NCBI GenBank assembly: GCA_964016885.1
Contig: OZ024740.1
Coordinates: 191,704,001-191,768,000 of the forward strand
Origin: Eledone cirrhosa
Lineage: Eukaryota
Length of the DNA: 64,000 bases
Reading direction: 5' to 3'
Shown piece after piece: positions 11,221 through 25,054 of the stretch (positions are counted from its first letter, which is position 1; each line of letters opens with the position of its first letter). The notes under the pieces were generated by a model. It was not told the DNA's origin, ran no database searches, and worked only from the letters and a program-made list of their open reading frames with translations. The translations under genes were made by a program, and so were the position numbers.

Positions 11221-13668
11221 CCCCTTCGAATGTTGGTGAAGAAACATTAGCATTTTTTTTTTTAAATGTTAGCTTTTCCTCCCAAAAAGAAAATTTTATG
11301 TACTATTTCACCTAAAGGCGTAGAATATTTTGAGAGACTGACCAGATCAAAATTTGACCTGGCAGTCCCTCTACAAGTTGATATAAAAATGAAGGTTTGC
11401 CGTTCAGAATTTCTATAGAAATTTAGGCAGAAGGTAGGTAGCACTGTACGGAATATTTACGCATTTACATGTTTTTTTTTGTAACTGTGTGTTTGTGTCT
11501 CTGTGTGTATGTAAGTAAGCAAATAGCATAAGAAGAAATGTAATTGTCCGTATCTTGTTCCTGTTTGTACTTTTTAAAATAATTTATTCTCATAATTCAA
11601 TACGTTAAAAGGCTAAACTTACTCTGCAACATTTCACTATTTTGTGAGACTTACTGAAAAATTATTTCTTGCGTTATTGATTTCTAACTTTTCCGCTCTC
11701 ACTCTCACATATTATATTGCAATATATAGATATTCACATCTATCCTTGTTCAAAATTAGCATTAATTTCATTTATAAAGTTAATGTGTTTACGAGCCGTT
11801 GAAAGATTTCGCTGGGAGGAATGGTGAAGGACATTTCGACCGACTTTTCAACCTTTTCGCCGGAGCGATAGAAACATTCTTGAACACAATTGAGGTGAAC
11901 GCTTTATGTGTTTTCTTTATTTTGAAAGTCCACCTTCTTAGAGAGTATGAGCCAATGAGAAAACCGTTAGCTGATTTATCGACCCAGAAATAGAAACCAA
12001 ATTACACACACATACATGTGTGTGTATATATATATACATATATATGTCAGGTCACTGTTGAGTGCTCCTGGTAACATGTAACCCATTACAACCTGTCTCA
12101 TTAACGAGTCGGCGATGGCTAAACCGGCAACACAACCTAGCATGCTTGGTGAGGAGGGTAATATTTGAACAGCCTGTGGGATGAAATACAAGAGCCGGTA
12201 AAGGACGGAGGAACTCAGCAGAACAAATGGCCATCCAAATATTCATTTGTTTTTCACCTGGGAGTGAAAAGCCCCAGTTGTTGTCACAACACCTTTCAAC
12301 TCTGAAAAAAACCTGTCACCTCGGAAACATCCGATGACGTTGACCAGTTCTACTTTTCGGGTAGTGTTTTCGATGCTTAGAGAGTGGGATGGTTTGAGTG
12401 CAATGCCTTTCCCCACTTAAAAACCCTTCAAAACAGGAATTGCTTGTTCAGGATATGTTAGATTGGAGACATTTATTTATTTATTCTGTAACGTACGTGA
12501 TGTGAGATCATGTGTTGAATCTAATATTTTTTTATATTTCTGGATGGTTCAGTTGCCAATATTGCTCATAGAAAGAAACACATGCCCCGTATCATTTTAA
12601 TTTTATCTTCATCTTTTTAGTATTCATTGGTTTGTACATGTCCTTTTCGTTACACCTTATGTGACCTGCTCAATGTCTATATTTTGTTCCTCCTCTTTCT
12701 CCCTGTCTTATACTTCAACTTCCTCCTGTGTTTTGAAGTGCGTTTGCGCCTGTGTTTCGTATTTGTGTTGTGTGTATGTTGTTTCTGCTTGCCATGTCTA
12801 TGTGTATATTTGTGTGTGTGGGCTTGTATCGTTTGCAGTTTTGCTGTGTGTGTCTTTACACCACTATTTTGTCTTACGTCGTTACGTTGCGGGTCGTTAC
12901 TATTTCACTAGTTTTTTTCTGTTGAGGCTAGATCTACATTCTATTACAAATGTGGCTTCCATAATTTGTCTTAGTGTTGCATCAGTTCTATGTGCGACTA
13001 AGATTTTTATTTCTATGTTATCTCTTGAGGCTTCATGTTCTAGTTTCCGATATTGGCAAAATCAGTAATAAGCTTTCTTCTCAGTCCTCGCGAGTATTCG
13101 TTTATTATGTCTCCTATAATTTCTCTACTATGAATGTCACTGTCTTGTATCTGCATTGTCCCTCTGTACATTTTATCTTATACTACAATTTTTGCCGTTC
13201 ATCTGAGGGTTTATTTTACAGTTTCTTTCAATTTCAGGGGGTCATCTTAAAGGAGTATGTCCTACTGATTCGGGATTTTATGGTAGCTCCTGAGCCTTAT
13301 ACTACATTAATCCTAAGGTTCATTTAATATGAGGCTCTTCTGAAACGATACGCTAGTTCGCCTCTAGGGGTTGCATCGACGAATATGACTCTAGTTTTTT
13401 AGGCAGTCAGACCTTGAGCTGACTGTACCAATCTTTTTCTTAGTCCTTCCTATTCTAGTCCATGATTTGCTCCTGTATAGTGGGAAAATCCCATTCGTAT
13501 AATTTTCCATAATCGTTTTAAATTTAGACATAGTCGTTTGTTTGTTAAACCCGGTCTTTCTCTGTTGTAATAACCAGATAACTGAATTCGGTGCATGGAG
13601 TGTTGTATGTGTTTCTGCAATTATGTTGGATCGCACATGAGGGACACATTCCTCGTTATTATTACAAA

Positions 13669-13860
13669 GGGTGCGGATGGCAGTATTCGTAGAGGGTCGC
13701 ACGCCATGCTTTGACGTATAGAGTTACGGCCCTAGCCATTCCAAGTTCAAATCCCGCCAAGGTTAACTTGGCCTTTCATCCTTACGGGGTCGATAAAATA
13801 AAGTACCAGTAATGCACTGGTTAATTGCTGGCCTTGTGCTTAACGTAGAAACAATTATTA
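13669..13860 (+). mobile_element. tRNA-derived SINE, family 1 (octopod-type)
   Basis: A-box-like tggcagtattcg, B-box-like agttcaaatcc, body gcctttcatccttacggggtcgataaaataaagtaccagt, tail tagaaacaattatta; several copies in window. Confidence 0.8.
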
Positions 13861-13916
13861 CAAAGGTTGCTATCAACATATTGATAGCAGACCCGGTGTA
13901 TAAATAAAAAAAAAGA

Positions 13917-13973
<57 letters not shown>

Positions 13974-14959
13974 GAGGGAGGGTTAGATCGATACCCTCAG
14001 GTCTTGAATAAACTTCTCGCCCCCGCTTATTCCCCCATCCCTTATTTGGGACCCGAGTGTAGTTATGTGAGTTGTATTTCGTTGCACCGTCTATTGTATC
14101 CTGCAAAGATGTGCATTTACAAACAAACATGCTGTTCTACTTTAAATTTAGTTTAAGTTTATAAGATAATATTAATAATACTAAATAAAATCCCATCAGT
14201 GTTCACGATGACAATGTATTACTGTTTCTCATCTTGCAGAACTGATATGAGGAGTAAATACCAGGAAAAACCTACCAATTTTTGAAGAGAAGTCACGTAT
14301 ACTTGGAATTACCATGATTAACTCAGAATTAAAATTTATAGATTCTGTTCTTGGCCCAGGCACTGCATAGCGTTACAGAGCAGGACAAATTTGGCGGAAT
14401 TTTTCATGATACGACTAACACTGTAATCTTTAAAACGCCCTAGAAACTATGAGATAAACCATGTAAAAGTTTAGCAAATCATGTACAGTTTGAGTTGTGG
14501 ATATCATTTTTTCCTAGCTATATATAAACTGTGATAACAGAATATAGTAGTACATTATGTAAGGTATTCAATAGAGTAATTTAGTTTTCCCTTCCATTCA
14601 TTACTAACATATATCTGTAATAACTACCACAGAAGCTTTCAATTCAATAATCATATTTTGATCAGTGTGAATGATATTTTATTTTCGTTTATAACAATTT
14701 TCATATTTTAGGGTAAATCGATTGGAAGGCAATCAACAGTTTATCAGACTAGTCTTTATAATACAATTAAATATCTTTTTTATAAGCGATATAGAATTAG
14801 CATCAGATCTCATATTATTCTAAGATAACAGAAAATGACTTGGCTATTGATTAGAATCAGTACTGGCTCAAAAATCATACATATATAGAAATGTAAATAT
14901 GATTAGTTCATTAGCCTTTTAAATGCATAAAGTTTCTATAAAATGTTGTATATACTCAG

Positions 14960-15135
14960 AGGCATGCGTACGTGTGATTAAGTATTTCACCCCGCAAACT
15001 GAAGCTGTCAGGTTCGATTAAACTTAACCGGTACTTTGGGTATGTGTCTCCTTTCAGATAAAACTTTTGTTGTCCAATGCCTTGTAAATCAATTGTTAGG
15101 TAGAAACTGCAAATGCCTGGTCTTTCTATTCACAG
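14960..15135 (+). mobile_element. Degenerate tRNA-derived SINE, second family
   Basis: B-box ggttcgatt then actttgggtatgtgtct...aatgccttgt...gaaactgc; ends near (TA)n. Confidence 0.5.
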
Positions 15136-15149
15136 ACGCCCCACACACA

Positions 15150-15213
<64 letters not shown>

Positions 15214-15304
15214 TATAATGAAAAATAGAACGAGAACAAAACAGAGAGGCAGTACAACAAATGTTTATTAATTTCACGCCCTTGAGAGTGGGGTGGTGGT
15301 GGGG

Positions 15305-15338
15305 AACGACGTTTCGGGCATAAGCCCTTCTTCAGGTG
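15305..15338 (-). ncRNA. Minimal Penelope-type hammerhead motif
   Basis: CAC-CTGAAGA-A-GGGC-TTAT-GCCC-GAAA-CG-TC-GTT; ACGU palindromic stem III, GUC triplet; in a CA-rich element 15215-15840. Confidence 0.75.
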
Positions 15339-16744
15339 AAAAGTGTGTGGGCAGAGAGTTCAAAGGGTATGTAGGGGAGTGGTGGAGAGACATATAGCAA
15401 AAAGGGGGTGAGAGGAACGGTGCAAATGAAATTTTAAAAAAGGCATGGTCAAAATAAAATTAAAATGGGGTAAAACAGGTGGTGGAAGGGTGTGAGGTGT
15501 GTAGGCGTGGTGGCAGGTGGAGTGGGGAGAGGGAGACGGGGTGTCCGAGCGGGGAGGGCTGAAGGTGGTGTGTGTGTGTAGGTGTACGTTTGTGTGTGTG
15601 TATGTGAAAGCAAGGGTTGGGGGAAGAACGGGGTTGCATGTTCAGGAAGAGGTGTGTGTGTGGTGGCGTGTAGGTCTGAGTGTGTGTGCGTGTGTGGATA
15701 GAGGGGTGGGGGTGGGAGGAATCCGGAGGCTGAATGTGTAAATATGTGGTGGTACGCACGTGAGTGTGTGGTGTTTAAGCGTGTTGTGGGTGTAGGTAGC
15801 GGGTGGGAAAAAAAAATTAGGTTTGTGTGTGTGGGTGATATATATATATAGACACACATGCCTAGCTTCAACAAAGAAAAAAGATATAACGACGATCGTA
15901 TCTCACTTTTTAGTGGAACATTCTTGATACAATATATCACTTTGCTCCTGTCTTAACCTTGCCTTACTGGAATGGCCGTCAAAGGGATGGTTTTTCAATG
16001 AAATGCTGGGGCGACATAGACGGAACAAAAAAAGATGAAAGAAATGGGGTTCGAAGGTTCATAGCTGGCCAAATCTAACACCCATAAGTGATTTGTATTA
16101 TATTTCCCAAGCAATTTATAACAAGCAAAATGATATACACCCTTTTTCTGCAGGTGAGCTTTTCAACATTTTCTATGAACCATATATATAGTGAGATAGA
16201 GGGAGAGAGATAGATAGATGGATAGAGAGAGAGAGATAGGGAGGGAGAGAGTCAGAGAGAGATAAGTGGGGATACTTAAATGTTTATACATTAGTGAGGT
16301 ATTTTCTATAAACTCATGCATCAAAGGAATACAATATGACATTTTAATTCTGTGCTATGTGCGTCCATTTATACCAAAAATGAATAACCATTTCAAAAAC
16401 AGATATAGATTATTTGAGTTCAACACAAACGCCTTAAGTTGATAGAATCGACTAGAAAGTTTGAAGGGACTGCCACAGCAGTTTCTCAGTCCAAACACCC
16501 AACCGAGTAAATGAATAAAATATACACAGATCCTCATGATATTGTCAATGTAAATATAATTGTGAAAACATCTCATTCCCTACAGATGAAATAATGAAGT
16601 AGTTGTTAATTCAACAATTTCTTTTTATTATTTCTACTGTAGAAAAATTTATGAATGCATTTTAGCTCCATAGTCATTCATCGTCCCAGTTATGTTTGTA
16701 ATTTTCAAACAATTCTAGATATGTGAAACAAACACCAGACAGAG

Positions 16745-16911
16745 ATTATTGTCGGACAACATGCTTTCCAACATAGTTACGTCCATTTACGATCTGAGTT
16801 CAAATCTCGCCGATGTTGACTTTGCCTTTCATCCTTATGGGGTCGATAAAATAAAGTACCAGTAATACACTGAGTAATTGCTGGCCTTGTGCCTAACGTA
16901 GAAACAATTAT
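16745..16911 (+). mobile_element. SINE family 1 copy
   Basis: gagttcaaatctcgccg..gcctttcatccttatggggtcgataaaataaagtaccagt..tagaaacaatta. Confidence 0.8.
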
Positions 16912-17067
16912 ATGATTAAATTGAAGAATCTGTTTATTCTTTCAAATAAATTTAAAATGTAAATGTTAGGATGGTCCACAAGTGAATATCGAAATCATGT
17001 ATATATATGTGTATATATATATATTTTTATATATACATATACATACATATATATCTATATATATATA

Positions 17068-17945
17068 TCATCATCATCATCATCATCATCATTTTACGTC
17101 CGCTTTTCCCTGCTTGCAAGGGTGGGACGGGTCTTATTCAGCACAGCATCTCTCCACTCGTCACGGTCCCTCGTCATCTCCACCGTGAGCTTCAATGATC
17201 TGAGGTCTGTTCTCACCACCTCCGCCCATGTTTTTCGTGGTCTACCTCTACCACGTCTTCCTTCAACTGGCATTTCCTGGCACTTCTTCACCCATCGGTC
17301 ATCCTCCATGCGCATCACATGTCCATACCACCTCAGTCTCCTCTCCCGTACACTACATTCTATCCCTCTCAGACACAGTTTCTCTCACAACACATTTATG
17401 CTGGGTCGTTCACGCACATTTACACTGCACATCCAACGGAGCATGCTTGCCTCATTTCTCTCCAGCCGTCGCATATGCTCTGCGGTTGCTGCCCATGTCT
17501 CACTACCATGCAGCATCGCGCTCCTCACACAGGCATCATACAACCGGCCTTTCGTACGCAGGGAGAAACCCTTCTTCGTCAACAGAGGAAGCAGCTCCCT
17601 AAACTTATTCCAACCCGTCCTTATTCTAGATACTATGGCCTCGAACACCCTCCTCCCATGCTAATCTGATCTCCCAGGTACCGGAAGCTATCCACCACTT
17701 CTATAGCGCCCTCTCGCATTTGAAAAATGTGTCTATCAGTGCGACTTCTACTGTCTAATTTCCCTGTACGTCTACTGCATACATATTTCTCCCTACCTGT
17801 TAGTTTGCCTGCTATCCCGCTACATCTCTTGTGTACCCAGGACCTGCATTGTGTGCATTTTATAGAATTTATGCCAGTTCCTTTTCTGCATATCGAACAT
17901 GGCTATTTCCCTGACGGAATCAGGGTTATAGAGTGTCCGTGCTGT
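17068..17945 (-). mobile_element. 5'-truncated RTE-clade LINE (RT C-terminus) with (TGA)n tail
   Basis: FRYLGDQI, RTGWNKFRELLPLL, LYDACVRSAMLHGSETW, RLRWYGHVMRM, GRRGRGRPRKTW, DRDEWR; (tca)n at 17068-17092. Confidence 0.9.
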
Positions 17946-17949
17946 TTGC

Positions 17950-18150
17950 TAGAGCAAACAGCACGGACACTCTATCTCAAAATTATTTTTGAAAAGCATT
18001 TAGAAATGCGCAACCGGCAAAAACTTAAAAACTTAAAACCACAACTGAATACTAACCCATACAATCACTAATACTCTTTTATTCCTAATTAAACCATTTT
18101 TCAACTGTGAACAATTTGTCAGCATTTTCTATTCCGTTTACCAATATATA
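17950..18150. repeat. Interspersed repeat, second copy at 49464-49655
   Basis: tagagcaaac..ctctatctc.aaattatttttgaaaagcatt..agaaatgcgcaaccgg..tttaccaatatata in both. Confidence 0.75.
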
Positions 18151-18179
18151 ATAACTTGTGTGTTACACCTCTATTCTTT

Positions 18180-18217
<38 letters not shown>

Positions 18218-18227
18218 GTTACCAACC

Positions 18228-19003
18228 TAGTTACTACCTAGCTATGTGTGCTTACACACTTTTACAAATTAGCCCCTGTGATTGTTTCATATGTTTGTTC
18301 ATATGTCAATCAACTTATAGTTGATATAAAATGTTCGGATCTATTCATTAGAATCTTGGACCATATTTTACGGGTGATATGGCGCATATCTATTCGGCAT
18401 GACACCCATAATTTAATTTTATTTTATTTTATTTTATTTATCTTAATTTTGGATATACATATATAAATACGGCCCCTTAATTGTCGAGCTAACTCAGTTG
18501 AAAGGACTTAACTGCTGTTTCTAGTTGTCGATAACCCTATTCACGCCATCGGGACGAAGCTGATATGATGTGTGTGTTTTTAGTAAATACAGCACGTGTC
18601 ACTGGCCAGTCGCTGATTTGAATTTGATGCGTAAACACAGATGGCCGGACCTCTTCCTTGTTGAAAATCCAGGACCTGGCTCCTGTCGTTTACCAATCGA
18701 TTAATTGGTGAAATATATTTCTTTAAGGGAATATATACAAGGAAGATTAATCATTTTATAAGCTATCTATTTTTAAAGCTCTAGTTAAATTTATTTAATT
18801 ACCTACCTAGCTATGTGTGCCTACACACTTTTACAAATTAGCTCCTGCGATTGTTTCATATGTTTGTTTATATGTCAATCAAGTTCTAGTTGATTTAAAA
18901 TGCTCGGATCTATTCTTTAGACTCTTGGAGCATATTTTACGGGTGATATGGCGCATGTCTATCCGGCATGACACGCTTAATTTAATTTAATTTATCTTAA
19001 TTT

Positions 19004-19006
<3 letters not shown>
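18228..19006. repeat. Direct-repeat pair (~230 bp) between (TA)n tracts, pLTR-like
   Basis: 18228-18465 and 18797-19006 share ctacctagctatgtgtgc..ggcatgacac..taatttaattt. Confidence 0.8.
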
Positions 19007-19070
<64 letters not shown>

Positions 19071-22000
19071 ATGGGTGTGTGTGTGTACTTACTCCTCATC
19101 TTCGTATGTATGTATATATATATATATATAGTATATATATATATATATATAGTATATATATATATATAGTATGAAAGGGTCCCTACTGCTTCATATTATC
19201 ACACTCTACTGCCCAAAGTATCGAGTAATCTCGTGATTACACAGAACATGGTTAAGACAGTACTAGATTTATCAGCCTCGTTTCGTTTAAAACATACAAT
19301 CATAAATAAAGCGAGAAACCATTAAATAACAGATTTAGATATACGAACTAAATCCCTTTGATCATGCATAATCAGGCCGGCCAGGTTATTTCAATGATAA
19401 ACATAACATTTCAGCATAGAATTTATCTTCATATTGTTGCAAAATAATATATTGATTTTTCGTTTCTCTTTATCTACTTATTGAGTTAGTGTTGCTATGA
19501 TTTAGACACGTTTTCTTTACCGTAAACGTTTAGTTGAAAATCATGTCCTCATTTGCATATATTTATAAACATTAAATATCGAATTTAAATTTGAAAACAG
19601 GTCAAAGAACATTAAATATTTTCTTCTTGCTTTTAATGTGTGTAATGTAATCAAAAGCCTAAACTAGTAACGTGACCTGTTTGTATGAAAGCAAATCTCC
19701 TTTATTTTATTCGTGTGCCTGATGGTTTTAAGCAGGACAAATTATTACATCTAAGATAAAAAATAGGGCCTCTTACAGAATTTCACATAGGATTCCTCCA
19801 CCAAATGTGGCTCCTTAGACTTAACACGAACCGTTGTTTAAGAACATTGCAGTCGAATCAAACTCATATAAATGCAATCATGCGGCAAGCTATTTAACTA
19901 TAAACAAAGAAACAGGTTTGTTCTATGTGTACTTTTCATTTCTCTTATCGAAAGGAATATATGAATTAATGGCAGGAGAAATATTTATTTTATGAATGGT
20001 TAATTATCATTTACTACTAGCAGATATTGGGCAGTCACAATTCTGATTCAACACCTGAACCTATTGATGGTTTTAGTTATTTCAGCTTGAAATATTGTCA
20101 TCGATCTCTATCGAAAAGTTTGGTTTAATTCCGATGTCTAGGAATCCTGCACAATACACGGTTTTATGCATGTATATAGACGAGCAGACGTGCACTATAA
20201 TCATCATTGCTCAAAAGAATAATGGCTTGGTAGGTTTGTTTTTAATGATTTAGTCAAAGAAGAAAGCCTGGTGCCCCAAATATCGTTTCAGCAATCCCGT
20301 GATAATGAATATTTATTATATTTAATTACATCTCTGTAAGACCTAATGTTAAGTAATACTGCGAAAGACGTTACTTTTAATCACTCTATTATAAATACAT
20401 TTTTCTACAACATGCGTGGCTTTCTACAGATGGTAGAAATAATTAATATTATTACTTTCACGTTTGAATGATTTGATGAATTCCACTATTGGTACACGGC
20501 CAGATTAATAACATTTGGCATTCTATTAAATTCTATTTGTAGAGATCAAATTCTACCATAATTTACTTAGTATTTAACCATTTTGGCGTTGTTAATTTAA
20601 GCACCTGTTAAATACTAAATAGATTTATTGACTATGCGCTCTCCGCAATGTTGTGGCCATATGCCAATACTAGAAAACATTATTTATATATAATTTTTAT
20701 CTCGAGTTGTTTTCAAATAATTAGATGGTATGCATCTTACATTTGTCTTTGACTTGGTAATCTCATTAATATGATGTCATGACATTAAATTATCACATAA
20801 TAGCAATAAATGTTAATGTTTGCTTCAGTCCAGACTTTTAAAATTTGGCTTGATTTTATATATTTATAAATCAATAACCATTCAGGCTAAAGGTCATTCC
20901 TTGGTTTATTGAGTTGTTTGAATTTTAATATTATATTTGTAACCTTGTTCATATGTGTAGCTTCCATTATGACTCCTTAATGATTGATTATTGATATTAG
21001 TAATTTACACTTGAAGTAAGTTGCTGCCAATTTTCACTCAGTTATTAATTCTAGTAAATATTCAATTTGTTCTCTTCTTCTGACACTATTCTACTTTTCT
21101 CCTAATTAAATACTGCTACGATTTGCATTGTAGAATGAAGAATGCAGAATGGATCTTGTATGTAGCACTTCTATTTGTTAGAAATAACTGCCAGATCACT
21201 TCCAATACGCGGGCGGAAAGCCTACCATAGATATAATATAATTCAATATGAGATATTAGTTATGGTTGCAATGAATTTGACCCTAGTTCGTACCGATCAG
21301 AGTCAACTTGTGACTACAGAACAACAATATAAAAATCAACCACATATTGCATTTCTATCTTCAAAGAATAACAAAACATATCGTATATAAATTACCCAAC
21401 TACACAACGTTCACTCCTACATTTAGTTTACATATTTCTTGCACAAAATATCCTATAAATTCCCTATATGCTTATCCAAACGCAAAAATGTATTTGATCG
21501 CTAGATATCCTAGAAATAATAGTCAAATAGGAGTCAGCTCATCCTCTAATTTGTTAAAAAAGACATTTTGGACAATGAGAGCCACGGTTAGAAGGCTTTT
21601 GATCACAAATCTATAAAAACCAAGAAGATCTAGAGTTTGCTGTTCCCAATAAGCGAATTCAAGAATCATTCAGCTCAGTCATTACTGTGACATGCACATA
21701 TGTTATCATATGCTTCTACGTTGTCTTGATCAGGATGCTGAATTAGTGTGTTTTGAAAAGACAAAAATATTGAACAAATATATTACCAGGTACGTATTCA
21801 GCTAGACACATCCTGTATTTGTAATATTAAATGAGACAATTCTTTGGATATTACTATTAGGTGATAAAAAAACTAACATTTTAAAATGGAAAATAAGTGA
21901 CAGGTATCTTGAAATCGACTATTTAAAATCACGGTTCCATAGGTTAGTGTAGTTACCCAGTGGAGTTAAGGAATACGCTTGATTTCACCATAAGCTAAGG

Positions 22001-23012
22001 TAGACGTGTACATACAGAATGGTGTTTAGTAAAGCGGGAGCAAATTCACGAGAGGCAGGTTATATATATATATATCATATATATAAAGTGAAGTTGGGCG
22101 TTGTTTGGTGTACCGAACTTGCATGCTACACCGTTCATCCAATTTTCCTGAAACCTCACACATATATAAAACTCAACGCGTAGAGTGGAATAGGCCACTT
22201 GGAATTTTAGAAAAATCGATAATCGGGTCCTATGACAGAATGTTTTTCGATTCCAATGAAATGTCATGTGATTTCGAACACAATAACTCTTAGTTTACAT
22301 CTGGCGCAATAAAAATAAATTTCATATGCCCATATAAGGACGTGCGTTATTGATTGGACGGCCAGCTGCATGTCTTCCCAGCTGTCTCAGTAAACGACCG
22401 ACCATTAAAGAGTTCATCTTTTCATATTCCACCTTATTCAAATGGAAATACAGTATTATAATACGTTGACCAAGTTGTATTGTACACATACAAAGTTGTA
22501 AAAAATGTTACGTCGTACCAATGTTTTCCTTTTTTAAACAAAAGATTCTAAAAAATTACTTCATTTATAATACAGTCTTTTGCACAGGAAGTGAGTAACT
22601 TTTCGGGTGTTTCAACGTAAGTTCACCAGGGTTTGTGTCTTTATTATTAGCCCACCTCTAATGGCATTTTTTGTTCTGCTTACGACTAAATGTTATGAGC
22701 GTATTTGCAATTAATTGCGCACACGTGCACACCTGCATGCAGATAGACACTGACAGCCAATAAAAAATCGATAACTTGCTTATTAAGATATCGGTCAAAA
22801 AGAGAGATTGTTTTGAATATATTGTTCTTTTTGGCATGATATGTCAGAAATATAGCTACTAGACACTTTGGTTATTTTTTGTAACTAAAAAACGGTTCCT
22901 TTTGGGTGGATACGTAAAGAGAAAAATCCTAGGGTTTGGGACAAGTTTGTTTCAGGCGCCGTATAGACGCCTATTTTGTCACACCTTGGTAATGAATTCG
23001 TATTCTTTTCCA

Positions 23013-23273
23013 ATAGATATTTTCCGCTCTATAAGGCTCACCAGGATATAAGACGTATCATTTAAAATCAGGTCCGCGCAACGGCGTGTAAGGCCAACCA
23101 GGAAAATGCTATCTTCTTTACTTTTAGTCTAGATCTATTACTTCTGTTAGAGCCGTGATTGATTACCATTGTATTATTTATACATAAGGCTCACCGGAGT
23201 ATAAAGAGCAGAGCTGTTTTTTGATTAAATTTAATGTATTTTAAGTGCAATTTATAGACCGGAAAATTCGGTA
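23013..23273. mobile_element. Tc1/pogo-like MITE nested in the Helitron
   Basis: Degenerate TIRs tattttccgctctataag / tttatagaccggaaaattcggta; internal repeat ataaggctcacc twice. Confidence 0.55.
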
Positions 23274-23396
23274 AGTTATTGTAATCATATTTCCAAACCT
23301 CTCCCATTCACCAGTAACCATGCTAACGAATCTGCTGTCATCTCTCTCTGTATATAATCACCTCTCTCTAACCTAACAGCTTCGTTACACGTCGTT

Positions 23397-23890
23397 ATGC
23401 CCACACGGAAACGTTCAAGACTTACCTCCAAAAAAGGTACAGCTACTGCTGTGAGACAACGAATTAGGCGTTACAGGTATGAGTTCATTCACAATTGATT
23501 AATCCTTTATGCAATATTCTCCCTTAATGTTAGCAAGTACTGCGTTTATCCTAACTGTCACCACTTTTAAGCAACTACAACATTCTAATCGTAGTTATAT
23601 TAAATTTATTGTCTTACCTTGATTCCCTTTTGTTCATGTTAGACTTTTCTCATTTACTATTGACACTGCCATTGGCTTAGCTAACCAGTAGAATTAATTA
23701 ATTTTCTCTAGGTAACACCTGCTGAGCGGGAATCTCGACTCGCTGATAGACGTCTTTCCCGGCTGGTTGAGTCACCAACATCACGTACGACAAGGCTTGC
23801 TGATGTTCGCCTTCGTCGCCAACAAGCGCTGACGGAGGAATCACCAGCATCCCGTCAGACGAGGCTTGAGGTTGTGGCAAAGTGCAATAA
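23397..23890 (+). pseudogene. Helitron RepHel N-terminal remnant with STPR-like repeats, apparently intron-split
   Basis: MPTRKRSRLTSKKG..RQRIRRY, donor at 23477, acceptor ending 23711, then VTPAERESRLADRR..ESPTSRTTRLADVRLRRQQALTEESPASRQTRL; junction out of phase as read. Confidence 0.55.
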
Positions 23891-24567
23891 CCCTAGATAC
23901 AATTTTGATCAACTTTTTTTCACCTATAGCAAATTTACCGGGACAGGTTTTTAGCTACTCAAATCTACTTCAGAGATCACGCATTGATGTAAAAAATAAA
24001 TAAAACAGATGCGAGGCTCGACTTTGCGCAAAAAAACAAGGCAAAGTTACACATGGGAAAACCTTTTACAGGAACGTCCTATATTCTTGAAAACTGTCTC
24101 AAAAGACTCGCCATTATGCCGCGGTTAAGATAAAGGCCCTTTTAATTATTATTCTGCACATGTGAGCGCAAAAATTGTAAAAAAAAAAGAACCTTGAAAG
24201 TAATCGACATTTTCACCCTGCTTTAAATTAACTGAACATTCAATATCAAGCGATTCTGACTTCCGTCAGTAGTGCAGAGAACAATTTCAACGATACACTG
24301 TGTAACTACAATTAATAAATTACACACCTGTGTCTACTAACCTATTTTTTTTTCATTGCAGTTCGAAGTTTTGAACCTGTGATGCGCGGGAAGTAACTTT
24401 CACACATTCTAACAGACCAAAGGTCGACTTACACCCGGGCAACGCCGGGTACTTCTACTAGTATTTATATAAGCAAGAAAGTGTTGGTAAAATCCAGTAC
24501 TTCAGTATGCGGATAGGGAGCACTCAACGAAGATATAAGTTCCGGAGTTATAATAGTGACGAAACAT

Positions 24568-25054
24568 AGTCAATTGCATGAACTCATAATCCTTTATTTA
24601 CTGCTATATATATTTCGATGATAGCCATTGAATGGCTATGACCACATAAATTTCTCAATTTAACAATGACCTGTAGTATCGAATTTCATACTATAAACCT
24701 CAATTGAACATATATCTGACCGGGAATGCTTTTTGTGAAAATCACTCATATGGAACTATTGTCAACTTGCCTGACGGTTTGAACTTTACAACACCACCTG
24801 CCTCTTTGAGGTCAAATACTAACCCTACTAGCATCTACAAACTAACCAATGAGAAATAAGATTATTCCTGCTGACAACATTAAATTATTCCTAACAAGCT
24901 CATATGTCTCAAGGCTCTGATACCATCAACACCATAAACATAGAGCTAGCATATCTAAGAACAGAGTAAATACCTGCTGAGGTCATAGCCATTCAATGGC
25001 TATCATCGAAATATATATAGCAGTAAATAAAGGATTATCAGTTCATGCAATTGA

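Larger units (their letters stand above)
5653..11450 (-). mobile_element. Near-full-length degenerate Tx1/L1-clade non-LTR retrotransposon; 5' boundary approximate
   Basis: ORF1 with CCHC knuckle, ORF2 with APE+RT, 3' UTR ending attaaaaagaaact then (TA)n. Confidence 0.85.
22075..24461 (+). mobile_element. Non-autonomous Helitron (~2.4 kb)
   Basis: 5' TC (a|TCATATATATAAAG), 3' hairpin cccggg-caac-gccggg at 24434-24449 then ~8 nt and CTAG|t; internal RepHel N-terminal-like remnant. Confidence 0.8.

Noticed and set aside
12600-13660. Possible old LINE ORF1 remnant on minus
   Set aside because: Only compositional resemblance; no intact motif
16963-18071. Plus-strand ORFs up to 233 aa
   Set aside because: Antisense shadows of the RTE ORF
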